NCBI GenBank assembly: GCA_041605395.1
Contig: JBFIYM010000002.1
Location: forward strand, 1 to 56,512
Direction of reading: 5' to 3'
Length of the DNA: 56,512 nucleotides
From: Myxococcota bacterium
GTDB lineage: Bacteria; Myxococcota_A; UBA9160; UBA6930
Of this stretch, positions 17,668 to 26,889 are shown one piece after another. Positions within the stretch are counted from its first letter, which is position 1. Each line of letters begins with the position of its first letter. The translations under genes and the position numbers were made by a program. The notes under the pieces were generated by a model. The model was not told the DNA's origin, ran no database searches, and saw only the letters and a list, made by a program, of their open reading frames with translations.

Positions 17668-18890
17668 TGCACCTGCCCATGAAAGGCGTGCGCGTGCTCG
17701 AGGTGGCGCAGTTCTGGTTCGTGCCCTCGGCGGGCGCGGTGCTGGCGGACTGGGGCGCGGACGTGATCAAGGTCGAGCACCCGGAGCGGGGCGACGGCCA
17801 GCGCGGCCTCGGCACCAGCGGGATCTCGACCGAGATCAACGGCGTCGACTTCCTGGTCCAGCAGCCGAACCGGGGCAAGCGCAGCCTGGCGCTCGACTTC
17901 GGAACGCCCGAGGGCCTGGCGCTCCTCTACCGCCTGGTCGAGAAGAGCGACGTCTTCCTCACCAACTTCCTGCCGGACGCGCGGCAGCGCCTCGAGATCG
18001 ACGTCGAGCACATCCGCAAGGTGAACCCGGAGATCATCTACGTGCGCGGCCACGGTCAGGGCGCGCGCGGCCCCGAGGCGCACCTCGGCGGCTACGACGC
18101 GAGCTCGTTCTGGTCACGCGGCGGCATCTGCGACGCGCTCACCCCGGCGGGCGCTCCGCAGCCGACCGGCCAGCGCGCCGCCTTCGGCGATGGCATCGGC
18201 GGCATGACCATCGCCGGCGGCATCGCGGCGGCGCTGTTCCAGCGGGAGCGCACCGGCGAGGCCAGCGTCGTCGACATCTCCCTGCTCAACACCGCGATGT
18301 GGGTGCTCTCGCCCGACATCATCGCCTCGGGCCTGCTGCCGGCCGGGATGCAGAGCCTCCCGACCATGACCCGGAAGAACAACTTCAATCCCGGGGTGAA
18401 CGTCTATCCCACCCAGGACGGGCGCTGGCTGATGCTGGTGATGCTCCAGACCGACCGCTACTGGGTCGACTTCTGCGAGCGCATCGGGCGGCCCGACCTG
18501 GCCACCGATCCGCGCTACCGCGACATGAAGGTGCGCTTCGAGAACCGCGAGGCCTGCATTGCGGAGCTCGACGCCGTCTTCACCAGCCGCACGCTCGACG
18601 AGTGGCGCGAGGCGCTCGGCGGGATGGAGGGCCCCTGGGCGCCGGTGCAGAAGGCGCGCGAGCTGCTCAGCGACCCGCAGTCGCTCGCCAACGGCTACGT
18701 CCAGGAGGTGGACGGTGGCAAGCGCGGGCGCTTCCACCTGGTGACCAACCCGGTCCAGTTCGACGAGACGCCGCCGACCCTGTCGCGCGGCCCGGAGTGG
18801 GGCGAGCACACGGACGAGGTGCTCCAGAGCGAGCTCGGCCTCGAGATGGACGAGCTGCTCGCCTACAAGGCCAAGGGGGTGATCCTCTAG
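17667..18890 (+). CDS. CaiB/BaiF family III CoA-transferase
   Basis: The ATG overlaps the ADH stop by 1 nt. It has 'GVRVLEVAQFWFVPSAGAVLADWGADVIKVEHPERGD' and 'FLTNFLP'. Confidence 0.9.
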   Translation: MHLPMKGVRVLEVAQFWFVPSAGAVLADWGADVIKVEHPERGDGQRGLGTSGISTEINGVDFLVQQPNRGKRSLALDFGTPEGLALLYRLVEKSDVFLTNFLPDARQRLEIDVEHIRKVNPEIIYVRGHGQGARGPEAHLGGYDASSFWSRGGICDALTPAGAPQPTGQRAAFGDGIGGMTIAGGIAAALFQRERTGEASVVDISLLNTAMWVLSPDIIASGLLPAGMQSLPTMTRKNNFNPGVNVYPTQDGRWLMLVMLQTDRYWVDFCERIGRPDLATDPRYRDMKVRFENREACIAELDAVFTSRTLDEWREALGGMEGPWAPVQKARELLSDPQSLANGYVQEVDGGKRGRFHLVTNPVQFDETPPTLSRGPEWGEHTDEVLQSELGLEMDELLAYKAKGVIL

Positions 18891-19759
18891 CCGTCCGCGG
18901 GCTCGATTTCCTCGCCGTCCCCGGTGTCCGCCAGACCCAGCAGGACGACGCGGTCGCTGGGCTCGTCGGGCTCGGGCGTCGTCTCCGCGGTCACGAAGCT
19001 CCGGACCACGGGCGAGAGCTCGCGCGGCAGGCGGGTGAAGAGCGTGGCCCGGCCCAAGGCATCGGCGACGAGCGTGCCGGCGGCGTGGGTCTGCTCGTCC
19101 GGTCCCACCATCCAGACCACGTAGTGCTCTTCGGCGGGGAGGGTCTCGAGGCCGGCGGCGCGGAAGTAGCAGCGGTAGTCGGCGTCCCAGAGCACCCGTC
19201 CCCACGCGGTCGAGCCCGCCGCGGTGGGGGCGAGCGCGAGCGCCACCAGGTCCGGGGTGCCGAGCAGGTCCGCCACGTCGGCTGCGCCCTCGACCTCGGC
19301 CTCGAGCGCCACCAGCTCCTCGTCCTGCTCGACCAGCTGGCCCTCGAGCCGAGCCACCTCCTCGCGCGCGTTCTGGAGCCGTTCCTTCGCGGCCGCCGTG
19401 CCCCGTTCGTACTCGGCGCCGAGCCGCCAGCTCGCGAGGCCGAAGCCGAGTGCGGCGGCAGCGGCAAGCGAAGCCGCCATGGCGATGCGTCGAGGCGCGG
19501 CCGACCGGCGCTCGGGCGGCCGCCTCCCCCGTTGCGGTCCCCCGCGCGCGCGCTCGAGCAAGCGCGCACGCACCCGCGGCGGCGGCGCGATCGGCGGAAG
19601 GGATTCGGCGATCGCGGTGAGCGCCCGGCGCTCCTCGTCGAGGGCATCGTGGCAGCGCGCGCAGTCGGTCTCGAGGTGCGCCTCGACGGCGCTCCGCTCT
19701 GCGTCCTCGAGGACGTCTGCCGCGTAGAGATACAGCTGTTCGGGTGCGGGGCAGCTCAT
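18887..19759 (-). CDS. anti-sigma factor (zf-HC2 N-terminus, one TM, RskA-like periplasmic domain)
   Basis: ATG at 19759 in an ATGA overlap with the sigma gene stop. It has 'AHLETDCARCH' (HxxxCxxC), a TM helix 'IAMAASLAAAAALGFGLA', and a C-terminal 'HYVVWMVGPDEQTHAAG' RskA-like region. Confidence 0.8.
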   Translation of the reverse strand: MSCPAPEQLYLYAADVLEDAERSAVEAHLETDCARCHDALDEERRALTAIAESLPPIAPPPRVRARLLERARGGPQRGRRPPERRSAAPRRIAMAASLAAAAALGFGLASWRLGAEYERGTAAAKERLQNAREEVARLEGQLVEQDEELVALEAEVEGAADVADLLGTPDLVALALAPTAAGSTAWGRVLWDADYRCYFRAAGLETLPAEEHYVVWMVGPDEQTHAAGTLVADALGRATLFTRLPRELSPVVRSFVTAETTPEPDEPSDRVVLLGLADTGDGEEIEPADG

Positions 19760-20427
19760 GCTTCCGGGCCCTCCGGGGCATCGCCGAGCGCGTCGCGCAG
19801 GCGCAGCAGGCCGCTTCGGATCCGGGTCTTGATCGTGCCGATCGGCGTCCCGAGCCGCGTCGAGATCTCGGGATGCGAGAGGCCCTCCAGGAAGGAGAGC
19901 TCGACGGCTTCGCGCTGGGGCTCCGGCAGCCCGGCCAGCGCCGCACGCAGTCGGGTCTGGCGCTCGCGGGCGAGCGCCTCGTGGAACGGGTTGGGCGGGG
20001 CAGGCGGCCCGTCCACCAGGCTGCCGGGCCGCTCCTCGCGGAGCCGGTGGCGGCGGTCGCGGGTGCGGAGACGGTCGATGGCACGGCTGCGCGCGAGGGT
20101 CAGCAGGTAGGCGAGGGCGCTGCCGCGGCTCGGCTGGAAGCGGTCGGCCCGTTGCCAGAGCTGCCAGAACACGTCCTCGAGCACCTCCTCGGCCTCCTCG
20201 GCGCTGCGCAGGATGCGCAGACACAGGGAGAAGACCGCCGCGGCGTGGCGGTCGTAGACGACGGCCAGCGCATCGCCGTCCCCGTCCGCTACCGCCTTGA
20301 TCAGCTCCGCGTCCTGGCCACCCGCGCTGTCGATGGCTCGCCCCTTCGGGGCCTCCCGCGCGTTGGCTCGAGACCCCACCCCAGGACTACGAGGCGAGGG
20401 GCCGGTGCGGATTTCGTGATCCCCCAT
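19756..20427 (-). CDS. ECF (sigma-70 family group 4) RNA polymerase sigma factor
   Basis: Region 2 is 'VYDRHAAAVFSLCLRILRSAEEAEEVLEDVFWQLW' and region 4 is 'AVELSFLEGLSHPEISTRLGTPIGTIKTRIRSGL'. The first ATG giving a sensible N-terminus is 20427. Confidence 0.85.
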   Translation of the reverse strand: MGDHEIRTGPSPRSPGVGSRANAREAPKGRAIDSAGGQDAELIKAVADGDGDALAVVYDRHAAAVFSLCLRILRSAEEAEEVLEDVFWQLWQRADRFQPSRGSALAYLLTLARSRAIDRLRTRDRRHRLREERPGSLVDGPPAPPNPFHEALARERQTRLRAALAGLPEPQREAVELSFLEGLSHPEISTRLGTPIGTIKTRIRSGLLRLRDALGDAPEGPEA

Positions 20428-20658
20428 CCGAACCCCCGGGTGGCGACGTAGGACGAGTGGGGAGGGCGCGAGAAGGTAGCGACGAGGAGTTCCAGGTGAC
20501 GGGGGTCTGGCGACGGCCGGCACCCGAAGGTGCATGGGCCTTCGGCCCCCCCTACGACAGGGGCGGGAAGCGTCTCACAGTGGGTAACCCTGGTACCGCC
20601 GCGCTGTGAGGCCGGCTCCGTTCGGTCCCCGTCACCCCCTCCGCCCCGCGCGCGAGCC

Positions 20659-22302
20659 TCAGCTTTCGCTCACCTTCTTGGCGAGCGCCTCGCGCAGCTT
20701 CCGGCGGTCGAGCTTGCCGCTGTCCGTCATCGGGATCTCCGCAGCCGACACGAAGAAGGTGTGGCGCGGGAGCTTGTAGGCGGAGAGCTCCGCCTTGAGT
20801 CGCGCGTGTAGCGCATCGCGGTCGAGCGTGGCGCCCTCGCGGAGCACCACCGCGGCGGCCACGTTCTCGCCCCGGTCGGAATGCGGCACGCCGACCACGT
20901 GCGCGGCCAGAATCTCGGGGAACGTCGCCAGCACCAGCTCGATCTCGCGGGGCGCGACGTTGGCGCCGCCGGTCTTGATCATCTCCCCGAGTCGGCTCTT
21001 GAAGAACAGGTGCCCCTCGGCGTCGAAGAAGCCCGCGTCGCCGGTGTGGTAGTAGCCGTCGGCGTCGAAGGCCTCCTCGCGCTCCACCTTGTAGAGGCCC
21101 TGCATCACCGGGTAGCCACGCACGCAGATCTCGCCGAACTCGCCGGGACCCAGGGTCTCGCCGGTCTCGGGGTCGACGATCTTGTGCTGGACGCCGGCCA
21201 CCGCGCGGCCGAAGGAGCCGCGCAGCTTCTCGGGGAGGTCGCCCTCCATGCGGTCGAAGGTGTGCGGGCCGCAGGTCTCGGTCATGCCGAGCGAGTTCGA
21301 GCGGAGCTCCGGGTCCTTCGGGCGCATGGCCTCGGGCAGCAGGTCGTAGAGGTTGCCGGCGCGGATCGAGGAGAGGTCGCGCTCCCGGAAGCTCGGGTGC
21401 TCCGCCATCGCCTTCCCGAAGTGCGGCCATCCGGCCACCAACGTGATGCGCTCGCGCTCGATCAGCTCGAGCGTCCTGCCGGGGTCGAAGACGTCCTGGC
21501 AGTAGAGACGGGCCCCCAGGTGGAGGGCGGAGACCAGCGTGAAGGTGAGGCCGCCGACCCAGAAGAAGGGCATCGGCGAGTAGATGCGGTCCTCCGCGGT
21601 GAGGTCGCGCAGCTGGTTCAGGTTGTGGCCGTGGCGCAGCACGGTCCCGTGCGTGTGGACGGCGCCCTTCGGGTCGGCCGTGGAGCCCGAGCTGTAGATC
21701 ACGAGCATCGGGTCGGCGGGCCGCACCTCCCGCTCGACCTCGGCCAGCATTGCGTCGTCGATGGCGGGTGTCGCGTCGGCGAGCCCCTCGAGCGCCGTCG
21801 CGCCGCCGAGGGCCCAGGCGCGCTCGTCCCCCGTCTCGCTCTCCCAGATGCGGACCTCGCGCAGGAACGGAAGGCTCGGCAGCCGGAGCGGCCCCACGCC
21901 CTGCCGCGCGAGCTCGGGGGCGGCCTTCTCGAGGCGCTCCAGGTAGTCGTTGTTCAGGAAGCGCGCGGCCGTGAGCAGCGTGTGCACGTCGGCGTGCCGC
22001 AGCACGAAGCCGAGCTCGCGGGCCTGGTAGAACGTGTTGAGGGGCACCGCGAGCGCACCGATGCGCGTCACCGCCAGCCAGGCGAGCACCCAGTCCGGCC
22101 CGTTCGGCAGCAGGATGCCCACGCGCGTCCCCTTGCCGATCCCGCTCGCGAGGAGGCCGCGCGCGATGCGGGCCGAGCGGCGCTCCGCCTCGCCGTACGT
22201 GAGGCGGAAGTCGTCCTTCACGACGACGACGCGCTCGGGGTCGGCGGCGGCCTTGCTCCGGATCAGGCCGCCCGTCGTGCACTCGCTGTCCGGGAGGCTC
22301 AT
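20659..22302 (-). CDS. AMP-dependent synthetase/ligase (acyl-CoA synthetase family)
   Basis: It has 'IYSSGSTADPKGAVHTH' (A3 motif), 'YHTGDAG', 'GEMIKTGGANVAPREIE' and a C-terminal 'SGKLDRRKL'. Confidence 0.9.
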   Translation of the reverse strand: MSLPDSECTTGGLIRSKAAADPERVVVVKDDFRLTYGEAERRSARIARGLLASGIGKGTRVGILLPNGPDWVLAWLAVTRIGALAVPLNTFYQARELGFVLRHADVHTLLTAARFLNNDYLERLEKAAPELARQGVGPLRLPSLPFLREVRIWESETGDERAWALGGATALEGLADATPAIDDAMLAEVEREVRPADPMLVIYSSGSTADPKGAVHTHGTVLRHGHNLNQLRDLTAEDRIYSPMPFFWVGGLTFTLVSALHLGARLYCQDVFDPGRTLELIERERITLVAGWPHFGKAMAEHPSFRERDLSSIRAGNLYDLLPEAMRPKDPELRSNSLGMTETCGPHTFDRMEGDLPEKLRGSFGRAVAGVQHKIVDPETGETLGPGEFGEICVRGYPVMQGLYKVEREEAFDADGYYHTGDAGFFDAEGHLFFKSRLGEMIKTGGANVAPREIELVLATFPEILAAHVVGVPHSDRGENVAAAVVLREGATLDRDALHARLKAELSAYKLPRHTFFVSAAEIPMTDSGKLDRRKLREALAKKVSES

Positions 22303-22321
22303 GTGATAGCTTGGCGCTCCG

Positions 22322-22338
22322 TTTGACGGTCCGTCAAA
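22322..22338. promoter_or_regulatory. perfect 8-1-8 inverted repeat TTTGACGG-T-CCGTCAAA, candidate TetR operator
   Basis: It lies in the 95-bp divergent intergenic region between the ligase start (22302) and the hydratase start (22398). A related half-site pair occurs at 26115-26128 in front of the TetR gene. Confidence 0.45.
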
Positions 22339-22397
22339 ACGGGTAGCAGAGGCGAGCGGCGGCCCGCATCCGAGCGCGGGTCGAGCCGGGAGGTCGC

Positions 22398-23570
22398 ATG
22401 GCGGAAGAGAAGTTCGACACCACCGACGTCGATCGCTGGATCGGGGTGCCGCTGGGCGGCGCCTACCTGAAGGACCCGGTGGCCCCGAACGACATCCGCC
22501 GCTGGGCCCAGGGCATGCAGAACCCGAACCCGCTCTACTTCGACGAGGCCTACGCGGCCGAGGGGCGCTTCGGGCGCTTCATCGCACCCCAGTCGTTCGC
22601 GATCTGTACCGATGACAGCCATGGCGCGGCGCCCGCCATCCAGGGCCACATCCCGGGCACCCACATGCTCTTCGGAGGCGACGAGTGGTGGATGTACGGC
22701 CCGCGCATCGAGCCCGGCGACAAGATCCGCCACGAGCGGATGCTCTTCGACTACAAGGTGACGCAGACCAAGTTCGCCGGCCCCACCATGTTCTCCCGCG
22801 GCGACACCACCTACGTGAACCAGCGTGGCGAGATCGTCTGCAAGCAGCGCTCGACCTCGATCCGCTACCGCGCGGACCTCGCGCGTGACCGCGGCCAGTT
22901 CATGGGCCAGAAGGAGAAGACCTGGACCGACGACGAGCTCAAGGAGATCGAGCGCCAGAAGTTCGAGTACTACCAGAGCTTCCTCGACCTGAAGCACGAC
23001 CGGCGCCTGTTCGTGAAGAAGGGCGACAAGCTGCCGCGGCGCCCGATCGGGCCGCATACGATCATGAGCTTCACGACGGAGTGGCGCGCCTACCTGATGA
23101 CGGTGTGGGGCGCCTTCCAGGAGTCCGGCGGCCCGACCTCACTCTGGAACGCCGGCTGGCTGCCGGAGATGAGCCGTGACCGCGAGGGCGCGAAGATCGA
23201 TCCGACGCTCTCGGACGGCCTCTACCACGGCCCCTCCCGCGGCCATGTGCAGGAGCGTTACGCCCAGCTGATCGGGCTCCCGCGCGGCTACGGCTACGGC
23301 GCCACCATGGGCGCCTGGATCCTCGACTACCTCGCGAACTGGTGCGGCGAGTGGGGCGAGATCGCGCACAGCAAGATGTCGTACCGCTCGCCGGCCTTCA
23401 CCGGGGACGTGACCTTCATCGACGGCGAGGTGGAGGAGATCAGCGAGGACCGTCGCAGCGGCCAACCCATCGCGAGCGTGAAGGTGGTGATGACGAACCA
23501 GCGGAACGAGGTGATGGCGAGCGGCACCGCCGAGGTGCGGCTCCCCACGGAGAATCGGCCGGAGCGCTAG
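22398..23570 (+). CDS. MaoC/FAS1-like double hot-dog (R)-specific enoyl-CoA hydratase/dehydratase
   Basis: 390-aa ORF. 'DIRRWAQGMQNPNPLYFDEAYA...FIAPQSF' is the MaoC_dehydrat_N type pattern, and a second hot-dog half sits at the C-terminus. Confidence 0.75.
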   Translation: MAEEKFDTTDVDRWIGVPLGGAYLKDPVAPNDIRRWAQGMQNPNPLYFDEAYAAEGRFGRFIAPQSFAICTDDSHGAAPAIQGHIPGTHMLFGGDEWWMYGPRIEPGDKIRHERMLFDYKVTQTKFAGPTMFSRGDTTYVNQRGEIVCKQRSTSIRYRADLARDRGQFMGQKEKTWTDDELKEIERQKFEYYQSFLDLKHDRRLFVKKGDKLPRRPIGPHTIMSFTTEWRAYLMTVWGAFQESGGPTSLWNAGWLPEMSRDREGAKIDPTLSDGLYHGPSRGHVQERYAQLIGLPRGYGYGATMGAWILDYLANWCGEWGEIAHSKMSYRSPAFTGDVTFIDGEVEEISEDRRSGQPIASVKVVMTNQRNEVMASGTAEVRLPTENRPER

Positions 23571-23581
23571 GAGACCTGGCC

Positions 23582-25258
23582 TTGCAGACGTCCGCCGGAC
23601 TGACGCTCCAGCCCGACCCCGCGCGCTACACGCTGCCGCGCTTCCTCGACGACGTGGCCGAGCGCCACGGCCCGCGGACGGCGCTGCGATTCGAGGGTCG
23701 CTCGATCTCCTACGCGGAGCTTCGCGCCGAAGCGCGGCGCGCGGCCCGGGGTCTGGTGGCGCGCGGGGTGGGGAAGGGCACGCGGGTGGGCGTGCTCTTC
23801 GCGAACCGCCCGGAGTGGCTGATCGCGACCTGGGCCGCCTCGCTCGCGGGCGCCGTCGGAGTGCCGATCAACACCTTCGCGACGCCCGACGAGCTCGACT
23901 ACGTGCTGCGCCACGCCGACGTGGCCTGGCTGCTGATGCAGCCGCGGCTGCTGAAGCACGCCTTCCTGGACGACCTGCTCGCGCGCCACCCCGAGATCGC
24001 GGCGGCCCGCCCGGGGGCGATCCGCTGCGCGGCCCTGCCGCAGCTCCGGGGCGTGGTCGCCAGCGGCATCGAGTCGGGGCGCGGGGCCGTCGAGCCGTGG
24101 AGCGCGCTCGGGAACGCCGGGGACGTGAGCGATGCGCTGCTCGACGCGATCGCCGCCGAGATCCACCCGGCCGACGAGGCGCTCGTCATCTACACCTCCG
24201 GCACCACGGCGCGACCGAAGGGCGTGGTCCACCGGCATCGCGCGCCCGTGATCCAGGGCTGGCGCTTCGCGGAGCTGATGGGGTTCGGGCCCGAGGACGT
24301 GGTCTACACCGCCTACCCCTTCTTCTGGACCGCCGGCATCGCGATGGCGATCGGCGCCACGCTCGCGGCGGGCGCCGCCCTCGTGATCGACGAGACCTTC
24401 GAGCCCGGCGCCGCGCTCGCCGCCGCAGCGCGCGAGCGGGCCACCGCGATCCAGGCCTGGCCGCACCAGGCCAAGGCGATGGCCGAGCATCCGGACGCCG
24501 CGAAGCACGACCTCTCGAGCGTGCGCAAGATCGAGTTCACGTCGCCGCTGGCGCCCCTCGCCGGCCTCGAGAAGGACGTCTGGGGCATCTACTCGTCCTA
24601 CGGCATGTCGGAGACGTTCACGCTCGCGACGGCCGTCCCGGCCGAGGCCCCCGCCGAGCGCCGGAAGGAGACGCACGGGCCGGCGCTGCCCGGCACGGAA
24701 GTCCGCATCGTCGACCCGCACACGGGCGCCGTCCTGGCCCAGGGCGAGAAGGGCGAGATCGCGGTGAAGGGCCTGACGCTCATGTCGGGCTACGCCAAGG
24801 TGGAGCCCGAGCTCTTCCTCGACCCCGACGGCTACTTCCACACCCAGGACGGCGGCTCGATCGACGCACGGGGCGACCTCCACTGGACGGGACGCCTCTC
24901 GAACCTGATCAAGACCGGCGGCGCGAACGTCTCGCCGCTCGAGATCGAGGAGCGGGCGGGCCGCTTCGCCGGCGTGCGCAGCGCGCACGCCGTGGCGGTG
25001 CCGCACCCGACGCTCGGCGACGCCATCGTGCTGTGCGTGGTGCCCACCGAGGGCGCGACGCCCGACGTCGCCGGCCTCGAGGCGCATCTCCGCGAGGGCC
25101 TCTCGGCCTACAAGCTTCCGCGTGCGACCTTCGTGCTGCGCCCCGACGAGGTGTCCTATACGGGCTCGCAGAAGGTGCAGGTGGAGCCCCTGCGCGAGCT
25201 CGCGCTCAAGAAGCTCGGCGAAGCGGGCATCGAGCTCGCCGGGCACCGCTACGGCTGA
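23582..25258 (+). CDS. AMP-dependent synthetase/ligase (acyl-CoA synthetase family)
   Basis: Proposed TTG start 7 nt after AGGAGA (23569-23574). It has 'IYTSGTTARPKGVVHRH', 'FHTQDGG', 'NLIKTGGANVSPLEIE' and 'SQKVQ'. There is no ATG upstream of the conserved N-terminal region. Confidence 0.85.
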   Translation: MQTSAGLTLQPDPARYTLPRFLDDVAERHGPRTALRFEGRSISYAELRAEARRAARGLVARGVGKGTRVGVLFANRPEWLIATWAASLAGAVGVPINTFATPDELDYVLRHADVAWLLMQPRLLKHAFLDDLLARHPEIAAARPGAIRCAALPQLRGVVASGIESGRGAVEPWSALGNAGDVSDALLDAIAAEIHPADEALVIYTSGTTARPKGVVHRHRAPVIQGWRFAELMGFGPEDVVYTAYPFFWTAGIAMAIGATLAAGAALVIDETFEPGAALAAAARERATAIQAWPHQAKAMAEHPDAAKHDLSSVRKIEFTSPLAPLAGLEKDVWGIYSSYGMSETFTLATAVPAEAPAERRKETHGPALPGTEVRIVDPHTGAVLAQGEKGEIAVKGLTLMSGYAKVEPELFLDPDGYFHTQDGGSIDARGDLHWTGRLSNLIKTGGANVSPLEIEERAGRFAGVRSAHAVAVPHPTLGDAIVLCVVPTEGATPDVAGLEAHLREGLSAYKLPRATFVLRPDEVSYTGSQKVQVEPLRELALKKLGEAGIELAGHRYG

Positions 25259-25291
25259 GCCGAGGCGCCGCGCCGCGCGGAGCGGGAGCGG

Positions 25292-26092
25292 CTAGCCCCG
25301 CTTCTTGACCGGGTAGACAGCCGAGATGCCGCCGTCCACCCGGAGCGTGGCGCCCGTGACGTAGGAGGACGCGTCGCTCGCCAGGAACAGCGCCACGCCC
25401 TTGATGTCGTCGCCGGCGCCGGGACGGCCGAGGGGGACCTGCGCGTTGTGGTGCGCAAGCGCGCCCGGGTCCTTCTTGATGTGATCGAGCATGTCGGTGT
25501 CGAACGGGCCGGGGGCGATCGCGTTCACCCGGATCCCGTCGGGCGCGAGCTTCACGGCCATCGCCTTGGTGAGGGACTCGACGGCGCCCTTGCTGGCCAT
25601 GTAGGCCGTGACCGGCTGCTCGGCGTCGGTGGCGCCGAAGAAGGCGGAGAGCGAGCTCACGTTCACGATGCTGCCGCCGCCGGCGTCGCGCATGTGGCGC
25701 GCGACCTGGCGCGAGAGCCAGAACACGCCGCGCACGTTCACGCCGAACGTGCGGTCCCAGCCCTCGAGAGGGAAGTCGTAGAACGGAGCGGCCCACCCGA
25801 AGCCCGCGTTGTTCACCAGCACGTGGAGGCGCGGCGTGGCGGCGAGCACGGCCTCGACCAGGGCGTCGAGCGAATCGGGCTCGGTGAGATCGGCGCGGAG
25901 GGCCGTGGCGCGGCCTCCCTTCGCCTCGATCTCGGCGGCGGCGGCCTCGCAGGCGGCGAGCTTGCGCGAGGCCAGGAAGACGTGGGCCCCGGCCTCGGCG
26001 AGGCCGTCCGCGATGGCGCGTCCGAGGCCCCGCCCGCCGCCGGTCACGAGCGCGCTGCGGCCGGAGAGATCGAAGAGCTCCCGGATGTGCAC
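25292..26092 (-). CDS. SDR family oxidoreductase (FabG-like)
   Basis: GTG start at 26092. It has 'ALVTGGGRGLGRAIA', 'NNAG' and 'YMASKGAVESLTK'. Confidence 0.85.
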   Translation of the reverse strand: MHIRELFDLSGRSALVTGGGRGLGRAIADGLAEAGAHVFLASRKLAACEAAAAEIEAKGGRATALRADLTEPDSLDALVEAVLAATPRLHVLVNNAGFGWAAPFYDFPLEGWDRTFGVNVRGVFWLSRQVARHMRDAGGGSIVNVSSLSAFFGATDAEQPVTAYMASKGAVESLTKAMAVKLAPDGIRVNAIAPGPFDTDMLDHIKKDPGALAHHNAQVPLGRPGAGDDIKGVALFLASDASSYVTGATLRVDGGISAVYPVKKRG

Positions 26093-26114
26093 GGCGCGCA
26101 GGGAAACGCGGATC

Positions 26115-26128
26115 TGACGGAACGTCAA
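26115..26128. promoter_or_regulatory. imperfect inverted repeat TGACGG-AA-CGTCAA, candidate TetR autoregulatory operator
   Basis: It sits in the 64-bp divergent region between the SDR start (26092) and the TetR start (26157). It shares the TGACGG / CGTCAA half-sites with 22322-22338. Confidence 0.3.
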
Positions 26129-26156
26129 CACTCGGCTACGGTGCGCTCGCGAGCAG

Positions 26157-26849
26157 GTGGAGGCAGCCTTGGCCGGGGACGGTGCCACGCTGGAGCTGCG
26201 GCGGCAGCGCAAGAAGCCGGTCGCCCAGACCGGGCGGACCCTCGGCCCGCGCGCGTTGGCCACCCGGCGCCGCATCATGGTGGCCACCGCCGCGTTGCTC
26301 GAGGAGCGCAGCGTGCTGGACCTCCCCGTGGTGGACATCGCCCGCCGGGCGGGGACTTCGCCCGCGACGTTCTACCACTACTTCAAGGACGTCGAGGCGG
26401 TGGCCCTGGCCCTGGCCGAGGAGGCCACGGACGAGATGCCGGCCGTGGTCCAGGAGCTGGCCGGGCCCTTCACCGACAGCGAAGGCCTCGGCCGTGCGCG
26501 CGCCGTGGTGGATCGCTTCTTCGACCACTGGGACGCCCACCACGCCGTCCTCACCCTGCGCAACATGGCCTCCGAGCGTGGCGATCGCCGCTTCCAACGC
26601 GTGCGCCAGCTCGCGATCGGGCCGGTGCTCGACGCCCTGGCCGCGCGGCTGCGCGAGGCGCAGGCGCGGGGCGACGTCTCGACGGCGCTCTCGCCCTACG
26701 CCGCCGCCGCCGCGCTGGCGGCGATCCTGGAGCGGCTCGCCGCCCACCATCGCGACCTCGGCTTCTTCGGCGTCTCGCGCGACGACCTGCGCGAGACCTC
26801 CGCCCGCATCCTGCTCCAGACCCTCGCCGGCCGGGCGCCGGCGGAGTAG
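26157..26849 (+). CDS. TetR/AcrR family transcriptional regulator
   Basis: The HTH is 'RRRIMVATAALLEERSVLDLPVVDIARRAGTSPATFYHYF'. The GTG start at 26157 is the most upstream option, and the exact start is uncertain. Confidence 0.85.
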   Translation: MEAALAGDGATLELRRQRKKPVAQTGRTLGPRALATRRRIMVATAALLEERSVLDLPVVDIARRAGTSPATFYHYFKDVEAVALALAEEATDEMPAVVQELAGPFTDSEGLGRARAVVDRFFDHWDAHHAVLTLRNMASERGDRRFQRVRQLAIGPVLDALAARLREAQARGDVSTALSPYAAAAALAAILERLAAHHRDLGFFGVSRDDLRETSARILLQTLAGRAPAE

Positions 26850-26889
26850 GCCGGCGGCGTCGAGCCGAAGGCGAACGGAGTCAGCGGCC

